A stretch of 64,000 bases of DNA from an uncultured Gammaproteobacteria bacterium. Its GTDB lineage: Bacteria > Patescibacteriota > Microgenomatia > Daviesbacterales > UBA10151. Below, piece by piece: positions 56,535 to 64,000 of this stretch. The first letter of the stretch is position 1; each line of letters begins with the position of its first letter. The stretch lies in NCBI GenBank assembly GCA_964500725.1, contig CAZCNP010000002.1, positions 197,347-261,346 on the forward strand, read 5' to 3'. The position numbers were made by a program, and so were the translations under genes. The notes under the pieces were generated by a model. It saw only the letters and a program-made list of their open reading frames with translations. It was not told the DNA's origin and searched no databases.

Positions 56535-56722
56535 GGACGGATAGCTCAGTGGGTCCTGCACGAAGTGCGGACGGGAGTCTAAATGACTCCCAGGAAGAGC
56601 GCTGCATTACGGTCGTATAGCTCAGTTGGTTAGAGCGCTTCGTTCACATCGAAGAGGTCTCTGGTTCGAGTCCAGATACGACCACATTGCAGATGCCGTG
56701 GGTTCAAATCCCTCTCCGTCCA
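56535..56722 (+). tRNA. tRNA-like gene interrupted twice: a 41-nt insertion in the D-loop (56555..56595) and a 74-nt insertion in the anticodon loop that is itself a complete tRNA-Val. Mature anticodon ambiguous (ACG/ACC/AAC/CAC depending on the junction).
   Basis: Hand fold: acceptor GGACGGA/TCCGTCC (7 bp), D-stem GCTC/GAGC, anticodon stem CTGCA/TGCAG (perfect) flanking TTAC[insert]CAT, variable ATGCC, T-arm GTGGG-TTCAAAT-CCCTC (one U.U), discriminator A. Only the insertions break the cloverleaf. Confidence 0.5.
56611..56684 (+). tRNA. tRNA-Val (anticodon CAC)
   Basis: Perfect cloverleaf by hand: GGTCGTA/TACGACC acceptor, GCTC-AGTTGGTTA-GAGC D-arm, CTTCG-TTCACAT-CGAAG anticodon arm, AGGTC variable, TCTGG-TTCGAGT-CCAGA T-arm, discriminator A; CCA not encoded. 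Confidence 0.85.
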
Positions 56723-56745
56723 CAATTTTCTGATACAATTTACTA

Positions 56746-57978
56746 GTGAGGAATATTTTAAAACAAACATCTTGGTTGATCATTGCACAGGGGATAACCA
56801 GGGTAATCAGTTTTTTTTATGTGATGTTTTTGGCTAGGATTTTGGGGGTGTCTGAGTTTGGGTTATACACTGTTGCGCTGGCATATTTCTCCATAATTTC
56901 TGCTATTGCTGATTTTGGTTTTAATAGATATTTAATCAGGGAAGCTGCAACTGATAGGTCAAAAGTTGCTGTTTTACTTTGGAATATTATCCTTTTAAGG
57001 CTAACTTTAACTGCTGTTTTATTTGCTGTTTTTGCAGTAAATTTATACCTTTTAGATACTGATAAGGCAAGAGTTTCTTTAATACTGCTTGCTGCTTTGG
57101 CTATTTTACCCCAAGCGATTGCTTTTACTTTCGATGCTATATTTGTAGGTTTACAAAAGCTGCAATTTTCTGCTATTTCTCTCTTTGTTGCTAGTTTAAC
57201 AACTGCAGGAACGGGATTTGTTCTAGTAAGCCAGGGGTTTGGCAGTATAGGAGCTGTTAATGCTTTAATAATTGGGCAAGTAGTTTATGCAGTTTTTTTA
57301 TTTATATTTTTAATTAAGAATGAAAAATTAGTTTTAACTGATGTAAAGTTTGAATTAATTAAAGATGCAATCAAAGGATCATTACCTTATGGTATCTTAG
57401 GGGTCCTGGGACTTTTATATTTTAGGATAGATGCAATATTGCTTTCCTACATTAAAGGCAGTTTTGAAACAGGAATTTATGGAGCTGCTTATAAGTTTTT
57501 AGAAAGTTTAATATTTATTCCTTCAGCTTTTTCGTTAGCGTTGTTCCCTATTTTAGCAAGAAGTCATGAATCTTCTCCAGGCAATCTAAAAAGATTATAT
57601 TTCAAATCCTTAAAGATTATGTTGCTGGTTTCTTTAGTGATTGCTGCAGGTTACGTATTTATACTGCCTGAAATTATTCAGATGTTTCTTCCAAATTATC
57701 TTCCCTCAATTGGGGCAATTAAAATTTTATCACTTTCAATTCCTTTTATGTTTATTCATGTCCCTGCTGTTTCGATCCTTTTATCTACTGATAAATACTT
57801 AAAGCCTATTATTCTTTTTTCTATTCTGACATTATCTTTTAATATAATAACTAATTTAATATTTATTCCGAGTTATGGATATATTGCTGCTGCTTGGATA
57901 ACTACCTTTTCAGAAATGCTCTCTTTTGCAGTGTTTTTTTGGTTAGTTAAAATAAAGGTTTTGGATACTAAGAGTTAA
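56746..57978 (+). CDS. wzx: Wzx-type oligosaccharide flippase (MOP superfamily, polysaccharide biosynthesis protein)
   Basis: The N-terminal region WLIIAQGITRVISFFYVMFLARILGVSEFGLYTVALAYFSIISAIADFGFNRYLIREAA is typical of Wzx/RfbX; 12 TM-like segments. Confidence 0.7.
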   Translation: MRNILKQTSWLIIAQGITRVISFFYVMFLARILGVSEFGLYTVALAYFSIISAIADFGFNRYLIREAATDRSKVAVLLWNIILLRLTLTAVLFAVFAVNLYLLDTDKARVSLILLAALAILPQAIAFTFDAIFVGLQKLQFSAISLFVASLTTAGTGFVLVSQGFGSIGAVNALIIGQVVYAVFLFIFLIKNEKLVLTDVKFELIKDAIKGSLPYGILGVLGLLYFRIDAILLSYIKGSFETGIYGAAYKFLESLIFIPSAFSLALFPILARSHESSPGNLKRLYFKSLKIMLLVSLVIAAGYVFILPEIIQMFLPNYLPSIGAIKILSLSIPFMFIHVPAVSILLSTDKYLKPIILFSILTLSFNIITNLIFIPSYGYIAAAWITTFSEMLSFAVFFWLVKIKVLDTKS

Positions 57979-58885
57979 TTGCTAGTGTTATCCAGGAATG
58001 GGTATTGTGTAGCAGGGAAGTGTTAATCTGATAGTTTGCAAATTTTAATTTACCTATCTTGTCTCCTTTTTTTAATTCCGGTTTTGCATGTTCTGGTAAA
58101 AGTGTTTCGGAAAGATTTATTTTTTCAGAAATAATAATTCCAACATTCCTCTTAGACAGCCTTTTTTTCCATAGCTTTTTTGATTTTCCAAAAGGAATTA
58201 ATGCATTTTCAAAAATAATGTATTTTTTGAAATTCCTCTTCATTAAGCTGCTGATTTCTTCATAAGAAAACCCGTGATCGTGAAGCATTTCGTTATTTGG
58301 AGTGGCAATTATTATTAGACCTTGCGGTTTAGTAATTCTTTTTAACTGCTTTATTGCTTCGTTTTCCATATTATATTCTTTGATGTGTTCTAAAACTTCA
58401 CTGGTAATTGATATATCGAACATACCGTCATTAAAATCTTTCATATTTGTTATTGACTGAACTGAAAAATTGGCATATTTGCCGAAATGATTTTTGGCAA
58501 ATTGAATTGTAGAGGAAGATGCATCTGCACCACATACTAATTTTGCTTGTGACTCTTTAAGAATCTGGCAGCCATAACCACTACCGCAACCAATGTCTGC
58601 TACAGATTTATTTTTAACAAATTGAGAGGCAAATAAATAAAACTTGCAATGGTTTTTAAAATTCTTTAGATCAGAAGAAGCGGCAGTTTTCTTTATTCCC
58701 CATCGGTTATAAATAATGCCGTTGGGATAAACTCGGACGTAATCTTCAAAATAATATTTTTTTGTCAGCTTGGCATATAGATGACCTGTCAGGCTGAGCA
58801 TTTGATGAATGCGGTCTTTTAAAGACATAACCATTAGTTTAGCAAAAATGCTACAATAATCGTAGGTTGAAGTTATATGTCTCAA
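57968..58885 (-). CDS. Class I SAM-dependent methyltransferase
   Basis: Motif I VADIGCGSGYGCQIL and motif II/III downstream. The annotated start overlaps the divergent neighbour, so the true start may be an internal Met (about 58831 or 58825). Confidence 0.65.
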   Translation of the reverse strand: MRHITSTYDYCSIFAKLMVMSLKDRIHQMLSLTGHLYAKLTKKYYFEDYVRVYPNGIIYNRWGIKKTAASSDLKNFKNHCKFYLFASQFVKNKSVADIGCGSGYGCQILKESQAKLVCGADASSSTIQFAKNHFGKYANFSVQSITNMKDFNDGMFDISITSEVLEHIKEYNMENEAIKQLKRITKPQGLIIIATPNNEMLHDHGFSYEEISSLMKRNFKKYIIFENALIPFGKSKKLWKKRLSKRNVGIIISEKINLSETLLPEHAKPELKKGDKIGKLKFANYQINTSLLHNTHSWITLAINS

Positions 58886-59563
58886 ATCTACGGAAAGATT
58901 GTTAACAAGGACGGTTTATCTTTTACTCATTTTAAACTAATTGAGTTGGTGGGGAGAGAAAAAGAAGTTCTGGAATTAGGAGCATCCACAGGGTATTTAA
59001 CTGAGAAGATGGGAATGAATAATTGCCAGGTAGATATTGTAGAGATAGACGAGGAAGACGTAAAAAAAGCTAAGAGATTTGCAAGAAGAGCGTATACAGG
59101 AACGCTGGACAATATTGAGACAATAAAAAAAATTGCCGGCCAATTTGACGTCATTGTTGCATCTAATATATTGGAACATTTAGTAAACCCAAACCTGACC
59201 TTGGAGATGATGAAAAATAAATTAAAAAAGGATGGTGAGATTCTGATTGCATTACCAAATATAGCATGTTGGGCTATAAGAAAAGACCTGTTTTTTAAAG
59301 GAAAATTTGATTATCATGATACCGGTATATTGGACAAAACTCATTTAAGATTTTTTACTTATAATACTGGGCAAAACTTAGTTTCACAAAGCGGCTTTAG
59401 GATAAAAAGTATTATTCCGACGGAAACTTCATATCCCCTTAAATTTAGGATTCTAAAGGTTGGTTTTTTGGGGACCCTTATCGATCGGTTCATTAGTAAT
59501 TTTTTAATAAAGTTGTATCCAAACCTTTTTGTTTCGCATTTGATAATAGTAGCGGCTCATTAG
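58877..59563 (+). CDS. Class I SAM-dependent methyltransferase
   Basis: VLELGASTGYLTEKM (motif I), FDVIVASNILEHL (motif II), EILIALPN. Confidence 0.65.
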   Translation: MSQIYGKIVNKDGLSFTHFKLIELVGREKEVLELGASTGYLTEKMGMNNCQVDIVEIDEEDVKKAKRFARRAYTGTLDNIETIKKIAGQFDVIVASNILEHLVNPNLTLEMMKNKLKKDGEILIALPNIACWAIRKDLFFKGKFDYHDTGILDKTHLRFFTYNTGQNLVSQSGFRIKSIIPTETSYPLKFRILKVGFLGTLIDRFISNFLIKLYPNLFVSHLIIVAAH

Positions 59564-59567
59564 GGAT

Positions 59568-60548
59568 ATGGATAAGACCGCAGTTTCAGTTATTATTCCA
59601 AATTGGAATGGGCAAGATTTATTAAAGGAGTGTTTGCAATCATTAACAAAACAAACCTTTAAGGGTTTTGAAATTATTTTGGTTGATAATGGTTCAACTG
59701 ATTTATCAGTTAAATTTGTTAGTAATAGTTTTCCACGAGTTAAGATAATTGCCTTAAATAAAAATTATGGATTTGCTAGGGCAATAAATGAGGGAGTACA
59801 AGTTTCAAAAGAAAAATATGTAATTTTTTTAAACAATGATACTTTGGTAGAAAAAGACTTTGTAAAAGAATTAATAAGTTGCGCTAATAAGCATCCGGAG
59901 GCAATTTCTGTAAATTCAAAACTTTTAAATTTTAATAAAAGAAAAACTATAGATGGGGTAGGAATACAAATCAATGAAGTGGGCCAGGCAAAATCTATTG
60001 GTTGGCAACAAACAGACTATGGACAGTTTGAAAGACCTGAATATATTTTTGGTGCAACAGGAGGAGCATCGCTTTTTAAAAGAAAAGATTTTATAAAACT
60101 TGGAGGGTTTGATGAGAATTATTTTATGTACTCTGAGGAAGTTGATCTTGCCTTTAGAGCGCAGTTTCTAGGATACAAATCAATATATTGTCCTAATGCA
60201 GTTGTTTACCACAAACACAAGGCAACAGCTAAAAAGTTTCCTCAAAAAATTGAATACTGGCAATTTAGGAATATGACACAGACTATTATTAAAGATTTTC
60301 CTGCTGCTATTTTATTAAAGAAATTTAGGTGGTTAAAAATAATTTTAGTTCATATAAATACTATTTTTTATCAATTAAAAAATGGATATTGGTGGGCGCC
60401 ATTTTTAGCTGATCTTTGGGTACTTTTTCATCTACCACAGCTTTTAAGCCAAAGAAGAAAAATTCAATCATCTAAAAAGGTAGATGATGAATATATAGAA
60501 AGTTTTCTGCAAGAAAAAAAGATTACTTTTTGGAAGTTACTGAAATAA
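59568..60548 (+). CDS. GT2 glycosyltransferase
   Basis: VSVIIPNWNGQDLLKECLQSL...IILVDNGSTD...NYGFARAINEG...FLNNDT, the GT2 DXD architecture. Confidence 0.75.
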   Translation: MDKTAVSVIIPNWNGQDLLKECLQSLTKQTFKGFEIILVDNGSTDLSVKFVSNSFPRVKIIALNKNYGFARAINEGVQVSKEKYVIFLNNDTLVEKDFVKELISCANKHPEAISVNSKLLNFNKRKTIDGVGIQINEVGQAKSIGWQQTDYGQFERPEYIFGATGGASLFKRKDFIKLGGFDENYFMYSEEVDLAFRAQFLGYKSIYCPNAVVYHKHKATAKKFPQKIEYWQFRNMTQTIIKDFPAAILLKKFRWLKIILVHINTIFYQLKNGYWWAPFLADLWVLFHLPQLLSQRRKIQSSKKVDDEYIESFLQEKKITFWKLLK

Positions 60549-61674
60549 GTAGCAGCCAAGAGAGTATTGTGGGATAAAATAAACTATTGGCAAAAATAGA
60601 ATGGACAAGTAAGCCTGCAACTGCAGCTTTTATTATTAAACTCTGATGTCCTGCAGTTTTTATCAAATTCCATAGGAAGAATAAATAAGCAGCCATCCCA
60701 GCTATTCCCGTAGTTGATAAAACAAAGAGTAGAGAAGAATCATTGCTAGATGAACCGTGGCTATTTAAAAATTGATTATCTCCCAAATTGTACTCTTTTA
60801 TACCATAACGGTAAGCATTAAATCCAACTCCTAGAATTGGGGACTTTGCAAGCATTGTAACACCTTGTTGCCAGGTGTTAAATCTAAAAGATGCTGATTG
60901 TGTTCTATTGATATTTCTCGGTTCGGCAATACTTTGAGAGTAGGCTTGAAACCCTAGCATGAGCCCTAAGAAAAGTAGCATTACTAAGAAGAAAATAATT
61001 TTGGATTTTCTAAACAAAGAAAAAGCTATTCCACTTATTAAAAACATGAAATAGCTAGATCTGGAAAAGGTAGTAAGTAGTGCTATGTAAACAGTTATAA
61101 AAAAAATAGTATTCCATTTTCTATCTTGAAAAAATACTTGAGCAAGTAATAGAAGAGTTAAACATAAAAAGGCTCCAGCAAAATTGGGATCCAGAAAAGT
61201 TGAAACAGTTCTAAAATAGTGAGGATCCCATCCGATGCGAGTGAGAAAATCCAGATTAGGAAAGAAGATAAGCTGTAGTATTCCTAATGCTGCAAAGGCA
61301 ACACCAGATATTATAAAAACTTTAGTTATTTTTTCCCTAAATTCCATATAAATATTAGAAGAAAATATCCATGCAAAAAGTACATATATAAATAGTCTAA
61401 TAGAGTAAGAGAAGCTGCTGAAATATTCGCTTGTTGTTAAATGAAGGGGAGTAAAGATTAATGAGATTATTCCTGTGATGATAAAAATTAGTCCTGAAAT
61501 GATAAGTAATGGTGGTTTCCTGAGTTGAAATTTACTTTTGATGAGTCCTCCCAGAGAGAGTAAAACTATAGTAATATCTAAAAAGGAAATTCCACCTGTC
61601 CCAAAGGGAAACTTAATTAATTGACCAGCTGTAATTGCCAGTGCTAGAATCAGGCTTAGAAAAACATTCATCAT
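60523..61674 (-). CDS. O-antigen ligase / Wzy_C-family membrane protein
   Basis: Polytopic; conserved LTTFSRSSYFMFLISG (Arg) and GVGFNAYRYGIKEY...HGSSSNDS loop, typical of Wzy_C. Confidence 0.6.
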   Translation of the reverse strand: MMNVFLSLILALAITAGQLIKFPFGTGGISFLDITIVLLSLGGLIKSKFQLRKPPLLIISGLIFIITGIISLIFTPLHLTTSEYFSSFSYSIRLFIYVLFAWIFSSNIYMEFREKITKVFIISGVAFAALGILQLIFFPNLDFLTRIGWDPHYFRTVSTFLDPNFAGAFLCLTLLLLAQVFFQDRKWNTIFFITVYIALLTTFSRSSYFMFLISGIAFSLFRKSKIIFFLVMLLFLGLMLGFQAYSQSIAEPRNINRTQSASFRFNTWQQGVTMLAKSPILGVGFNAYRYGIKEYNLGDNQFLNSHGSSSNDSSLLFVLSTTGIAGMAAYLFFLWNLIKTAGHQSLIIKAAVAGLLVHSIFANSLFYPTILSWLLLISVTSKK

Positions 61675-61677
61675 CTT

Positions 61678-62736
61678 ATGAAATTATATTCTAATATCAC
61701 TTACTTTTTTTGTATATGGGCTTTGGCAATACTGGCAATTTTTTATTTTGGATTTTCAACTTTACCCCATACTAATTTATTTCCTAATGATTTCCTAAAA
61801 AGCCTAGCCAATTGGGATGGAGGGCATTTTTTGGGAATTGCTGATGGTTATGATAAATATTTCCAATATGCTTTTTTTCCCTTGTACCCTGTACTTATTA
61901 ATTTAGTTAGCAAATTAACTGGAAGTTTATTAACAGCTGGAATTTTAATTAGTACTATATCTACCTTGCTTGCTGCTAATTTTTTATATAAATTAGTGGT
62001 TTTAGAATTTGGTAAGCAGCATGCTCAAAAAGCAGTATTGGCAATGCTATTTTTTCCAATGTCTTTTTATTTGCTGACTGTTTATTCCGAAGCCCTATTT
62101 TTGTTTTTGGCAATAGCTACTTTTTATTTTGCAAGAAAAAGAAGATTACTGCTTGCAAGTATCACAGCAGCTTTGGCATCTGCTACCAGACTTGCTGGTT
62201 TGGGAGTAGTGTTAGGACTTTTTATTAATGTTTATTTGTCTGGAGGTTTAAACAGAAAGAATTGGTATATTTTACTTGCCCCATTAGGTTTCATTTTATA
62301 TAGTCTTTATTTATACCAAAATACTGGGGATTTATTTTATTTTGTCAGGGCTGAAAAGTATTGGCACAGACAGTTAGTATTTCCAGGATCAGCAATTTTT
62401 AGCAGTTTTGGGCAGTTGCTTACTCCAGGATTTATTGCTCAAAATTTTAGGGCTTTTTGGGATTTTGCTTTTACCATTTTTGGGGTGGGGTTGGTTTGGA
62501 GAGTAGCTAGAAAATTAAGTATTGATTATGCAGTTTTTAGTATTATTTCTTTGATGTTACCTCTTTTTTCCCCAACTTTGCTGGCAGTTCCAAGATATCT
62601 GCTTACCATATTTCCTATCTTTATAGTTATGTCACAAGTGAAAAATCAGTATGTAATATTTGCTTATTCAGTTTTGTCTTTACTGCTTTTGGCAGGGTTT
62701 GCTATTTTATTTATAACTGGTAATTGGGTCACTTAA
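61678..62736 (+). CDS. PIG-V/Gpi18-like (GT76-like) GT-C membrane glycosyltransferase. Paralog of 11441..12565.
   Basis: WDGGHFLGIADGYDKYFQYAFFPLYP...YSEALFLFLAIATFYFARKRR; see 11441..12565. Confidence 0.5.
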   Translation: MKLYSNITYFFCIWALAILAIFYFGFSTLPHTNLFPNDFLKSLANWDGGHFLGIADGYDKYFQYAFFPLYPVLINLVSKLTGSLLTAGILISTISTLLAANFLYKLVVLEFGKQHAQKAVLAMLFFPMSFYLLTVYSEALFLFLAIATFYFARKRRLLLASITAALASATRLAGLGVVLGLFINVYLSGGLNRKNWYILLAPLGFILYSLYLYQNTGDLFYFVRAEKYWHRQLVFPGSAIFSSFGQLLTPGFIAQNFRAFWDFAFTIFGVGLVWRVARKLSIDYAVFSIISLMLPLFSPTLLAVPRYLLTIFPIFIVMSQVKNQYVIFAYSVLSLLLLAGFAILFITGNWVT

Positions 62737-63503
62737 GGCTTAAAGGTAATTCTTCTTTGTAGTTCTGTAGAGTTGCCTGATGAGTCAACAGATTTTATAT
62801 CGAAAACATTATCACCATCATTTAATGGTTGCTCAGAGCTAAAGTTGCCATCTGATCCTACAATTACTTGAGAGCCATTTATATAAACTTTTGCTCCAAT
62901 TTCAGTATTCCCTGAAATTTTTACTTTTTTATCTCCACCTTCTATGGTTTTATTGGCAGAGCCAAGAACTTGTTCATTATCTTCTGGTTCAGATATAGTT
63001 AAAGCAGGTTTTTCATTATCATAGGTTATTTTTAAAGTTTTTGAAGGCAGACTTTCTTTATCATTTTCATCTACAGTTTTTCCATAGATATTATTAGTTC
63101 CCAGTGATAGGGATATATTCTCAAAAGCAAAACTGCCATCTTCATCAATTTCTACTAAATCTTTTTCAGCATCATCAAGGTAAAGTTTTACTTTAGAACC
63201 AGGGGTACCATAACCTCTAATATCTATCTGGGCTGTGCTGGTTGCTTCATAAGGAATACTTAAAACTGGAGGAGCAAGGGCAGCTGTTTGGGAGACAGGG
63301 GCAGCTGTTTTTTGAGTTGGGCTAACAACATTTTTTACAGTTCCCACACCACCAATAAAAAAAGGCAGGACCCAATTTAGGGTAGAGTAGGTCAAAGCTA
63401 TAACAATAATTATAGTAATAATAAAGTTTCGTTTGCTTTTTCTGGCTAGTCTGTGGGCTGTTCTTCTGGAGGTATAGCGATGCTGAGGGTGTCTATAACT
63501 CAT
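62733..63503 (-). CDS. Hypothetical membrane-anchored protein with an extracytoplasmic, beta-rich (Ig-like?) domain
   Basis: Basic N-terminus, one TM (IITIIIVIALTYSTLNWVLPFFIGG), then a Ser/Thr/Asp/Gly-rich domain. Confidence 0.4.
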   Translation of the reverse strand: MSYRHPQHRYTSRRTAHRLARKSKRNFIITIIIVIALTYSTLNWVLPFFIGGVGTVKNVVSPTQKTAAPVSQTAALAPPVLSIPYEATSTAQIDIRGYGTPGSKVKLYLDDAEKDLVEIDEDGSFAFENISLSLGTNNIYGKTVDENDKESLPSKTLKITYDNEKPALTISEPEDNEQVLGSANKTIEGGDKKVKISGNTEIGAKVYINGSQVIVGSDGNFSSEQPLNDGDNVFDIKSVDSSGNSTELQRRITFKP

Positions 63504-63628
63504 ACCCCCTTAGTATATACCAAAATCTGGTAAAATAGTCGAAGTAAGTGACCTTACTTCGACGGGATAACAACATATAAATCCGCGTTCAGCGGATATC
63601 TTTAAATTATGGTTATCCCAGGAAGTTT

Positions 63629-63703
63629 GCGGTGGTAGTTCAGTGGTAGAATGTCTCCTTCCCAAGGAGAAGGTCGGGGGTTCGAGTCCCCTCCACCGCT
63701 CCA
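63629..63703 (+). tRNA. tRNA-Gly (anticodon CCC), CCA encoded
   Basis: GCGGTGG-TA-GTTC-AGTGGTAGAAT-G-TCTCC-TTCCCAA-GGAGA-AGGTC-GGGGG-TTCGAGT-CCCCT-CCACCGC-T-CCA folded by hand. Confidence 0.85.
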
Positions 63704-63814
63704 TAGGAATTTTATCGAACTAACAATTTTTAGCTTCAGAAAGTTAATAAAATTCACCAAAATATAATCCTATAACCTAATACCCATACGGGAATCGAAC
63801 TAGCTACAAAGTTT

Positions 63815-63979
63815 CTATTTTTCTTCTTGCTCTGGCTCTTCAAAACCACCCATCCACTTTGGCCCATAACATTCTTGCATTACTGCACAAGCCAATAAAT
63901 AAACAACTTCCTGTATCTCTTTTAGTTCTTCTTCCGATGCTTTAGGATAATATTGCTTGATTATTTCCAAAGGTAACAT
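63815..63979 (-). CDS. Small ORF (54 aa) with a strong Shine-Dalgarno (AAAGGAGGTG, 7 nt upstream); hypothetical
   Basis: My translation: MLPLEIIKQYYPKASEEELKEIQEVVYLLACAVMQECYGPKWMGGFEEPEQEEK. Below the ORF-track length cut-off; acidic C-terminus. Confidence 0.35.
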   Translation of the reverse strand: MLPLEIIKQYYPKASEEELKEIQEVVYLLACAVMQECYGPKWMGGFEEPEQEEK

Positions 63980-64000
63980 AGCAAATATTCACCTCCTTTA

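Noticed and set aside
58059-59974. ORFs 58059..58265, 58927..59154, 58997..59179, 59765..59974
   Set aside because: They are nested in or opposite the two methyltransferase genes and the GT2 gene.
63510-63704. ORF 63510..63704(-), 64 aa
   Set aside because: It overlaps tRNA-Gly on the opposite strand and the two spacer hairpins. It is almost certainly not coding.
63783-63808. tRNA-like T-loop sequence on the minus strand (GTAGCTAGTTCGATTCCCGTATGGG)
   Set aside because: No cloverleaf could be built by hand (no complementary T-stem or acceptor partner), so it is not called as a tRNA. It is retained only as a possible tRNA-fragment scar in the findings.
1-64000. Mobile elements / prophage / defence islands
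   Set aside because: No transposase, integrase, recombinase, restriction-modification, toxin-antitoxin or phage structural signatures were recognised in any frame. The only repeat family found (copies A, B, C) is short and non-coding.

Overview
This is an AT-rich bacterial chromosomal segment. It is almost entirely coding, and from about 9.8 kb to 55.9 kb nearly every gene sits on the + strand, with many overlapping stop/start codons that indicate long operons. The gene content (minimal Mur ligases, many ArnT/PMT-like GT-C membrane glycosyltransferases, rplU-rpmA with no intervening gene) resembles Patescibacteria/CPR-type genomes; that lineage assignment is my inference and is not shown by the sequence.

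The window falls into four blocks.

(i) 1-32.6 kb is a very large cell-surface glycan or glycosylation locus. It holds a DegT-type sugar aminotransferase, an FAD oxidoreductase, two GT2 and seven GT4 glycosyltransferases, a Dpm1/GtrB-like polyprenyl-phosphate sugar synthase, a PglC-like initiating phosphoglycosyltransferase, a left-handed beta-helix acetyltransferase, a Wzy_C/O-antigen-ligase-like protein, and at least nine polytopic GT-C-type membrane glycosyltransferases, several of them paralogous pairs.

(ii) 32.6-56.5 kb is housekeeping. It carries recO, glyQS, a hypothetical exported protein, then a dcw (division and cell wall) cluster in the order mraZ-rsmH-ftsL-ftsI-murE-(murB N-terminal fragment)-murA-murF-mraY-ftsW-murG-ftsQ-ftsA-ftsZ, followed by ileS, a second SEDS-family (RodA/FtsW-type) protein, rplU, rpmA, parB and a convergent lepB.

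(iii) 56.5-56.7 kb is a tRNA locus with a good sigma70-like promoter. A perfect tRNA-Val(CAC) lies inside the anticodon loop of a second, otherwise well-formed tRNA that also carries a 41-nt D-loop insertion.

(iv) 56.7-62.7 kb is a second, smaller glycan locus with a Wzx flippase, two SAM-dependent methyltransferases, a GT2, a Wzy_C-like protein and a PIG-V-like GT-C. After it come a hypothetical membrane-anchored protein, tRNA-Gly(CCC), and a small ORF with a strong RBS.

A roughly 75-170 nt structured element occurs three times in the same orientation, upstream of mraZ, murB and ileS. No CRISPR array, transposase or integrase was found.
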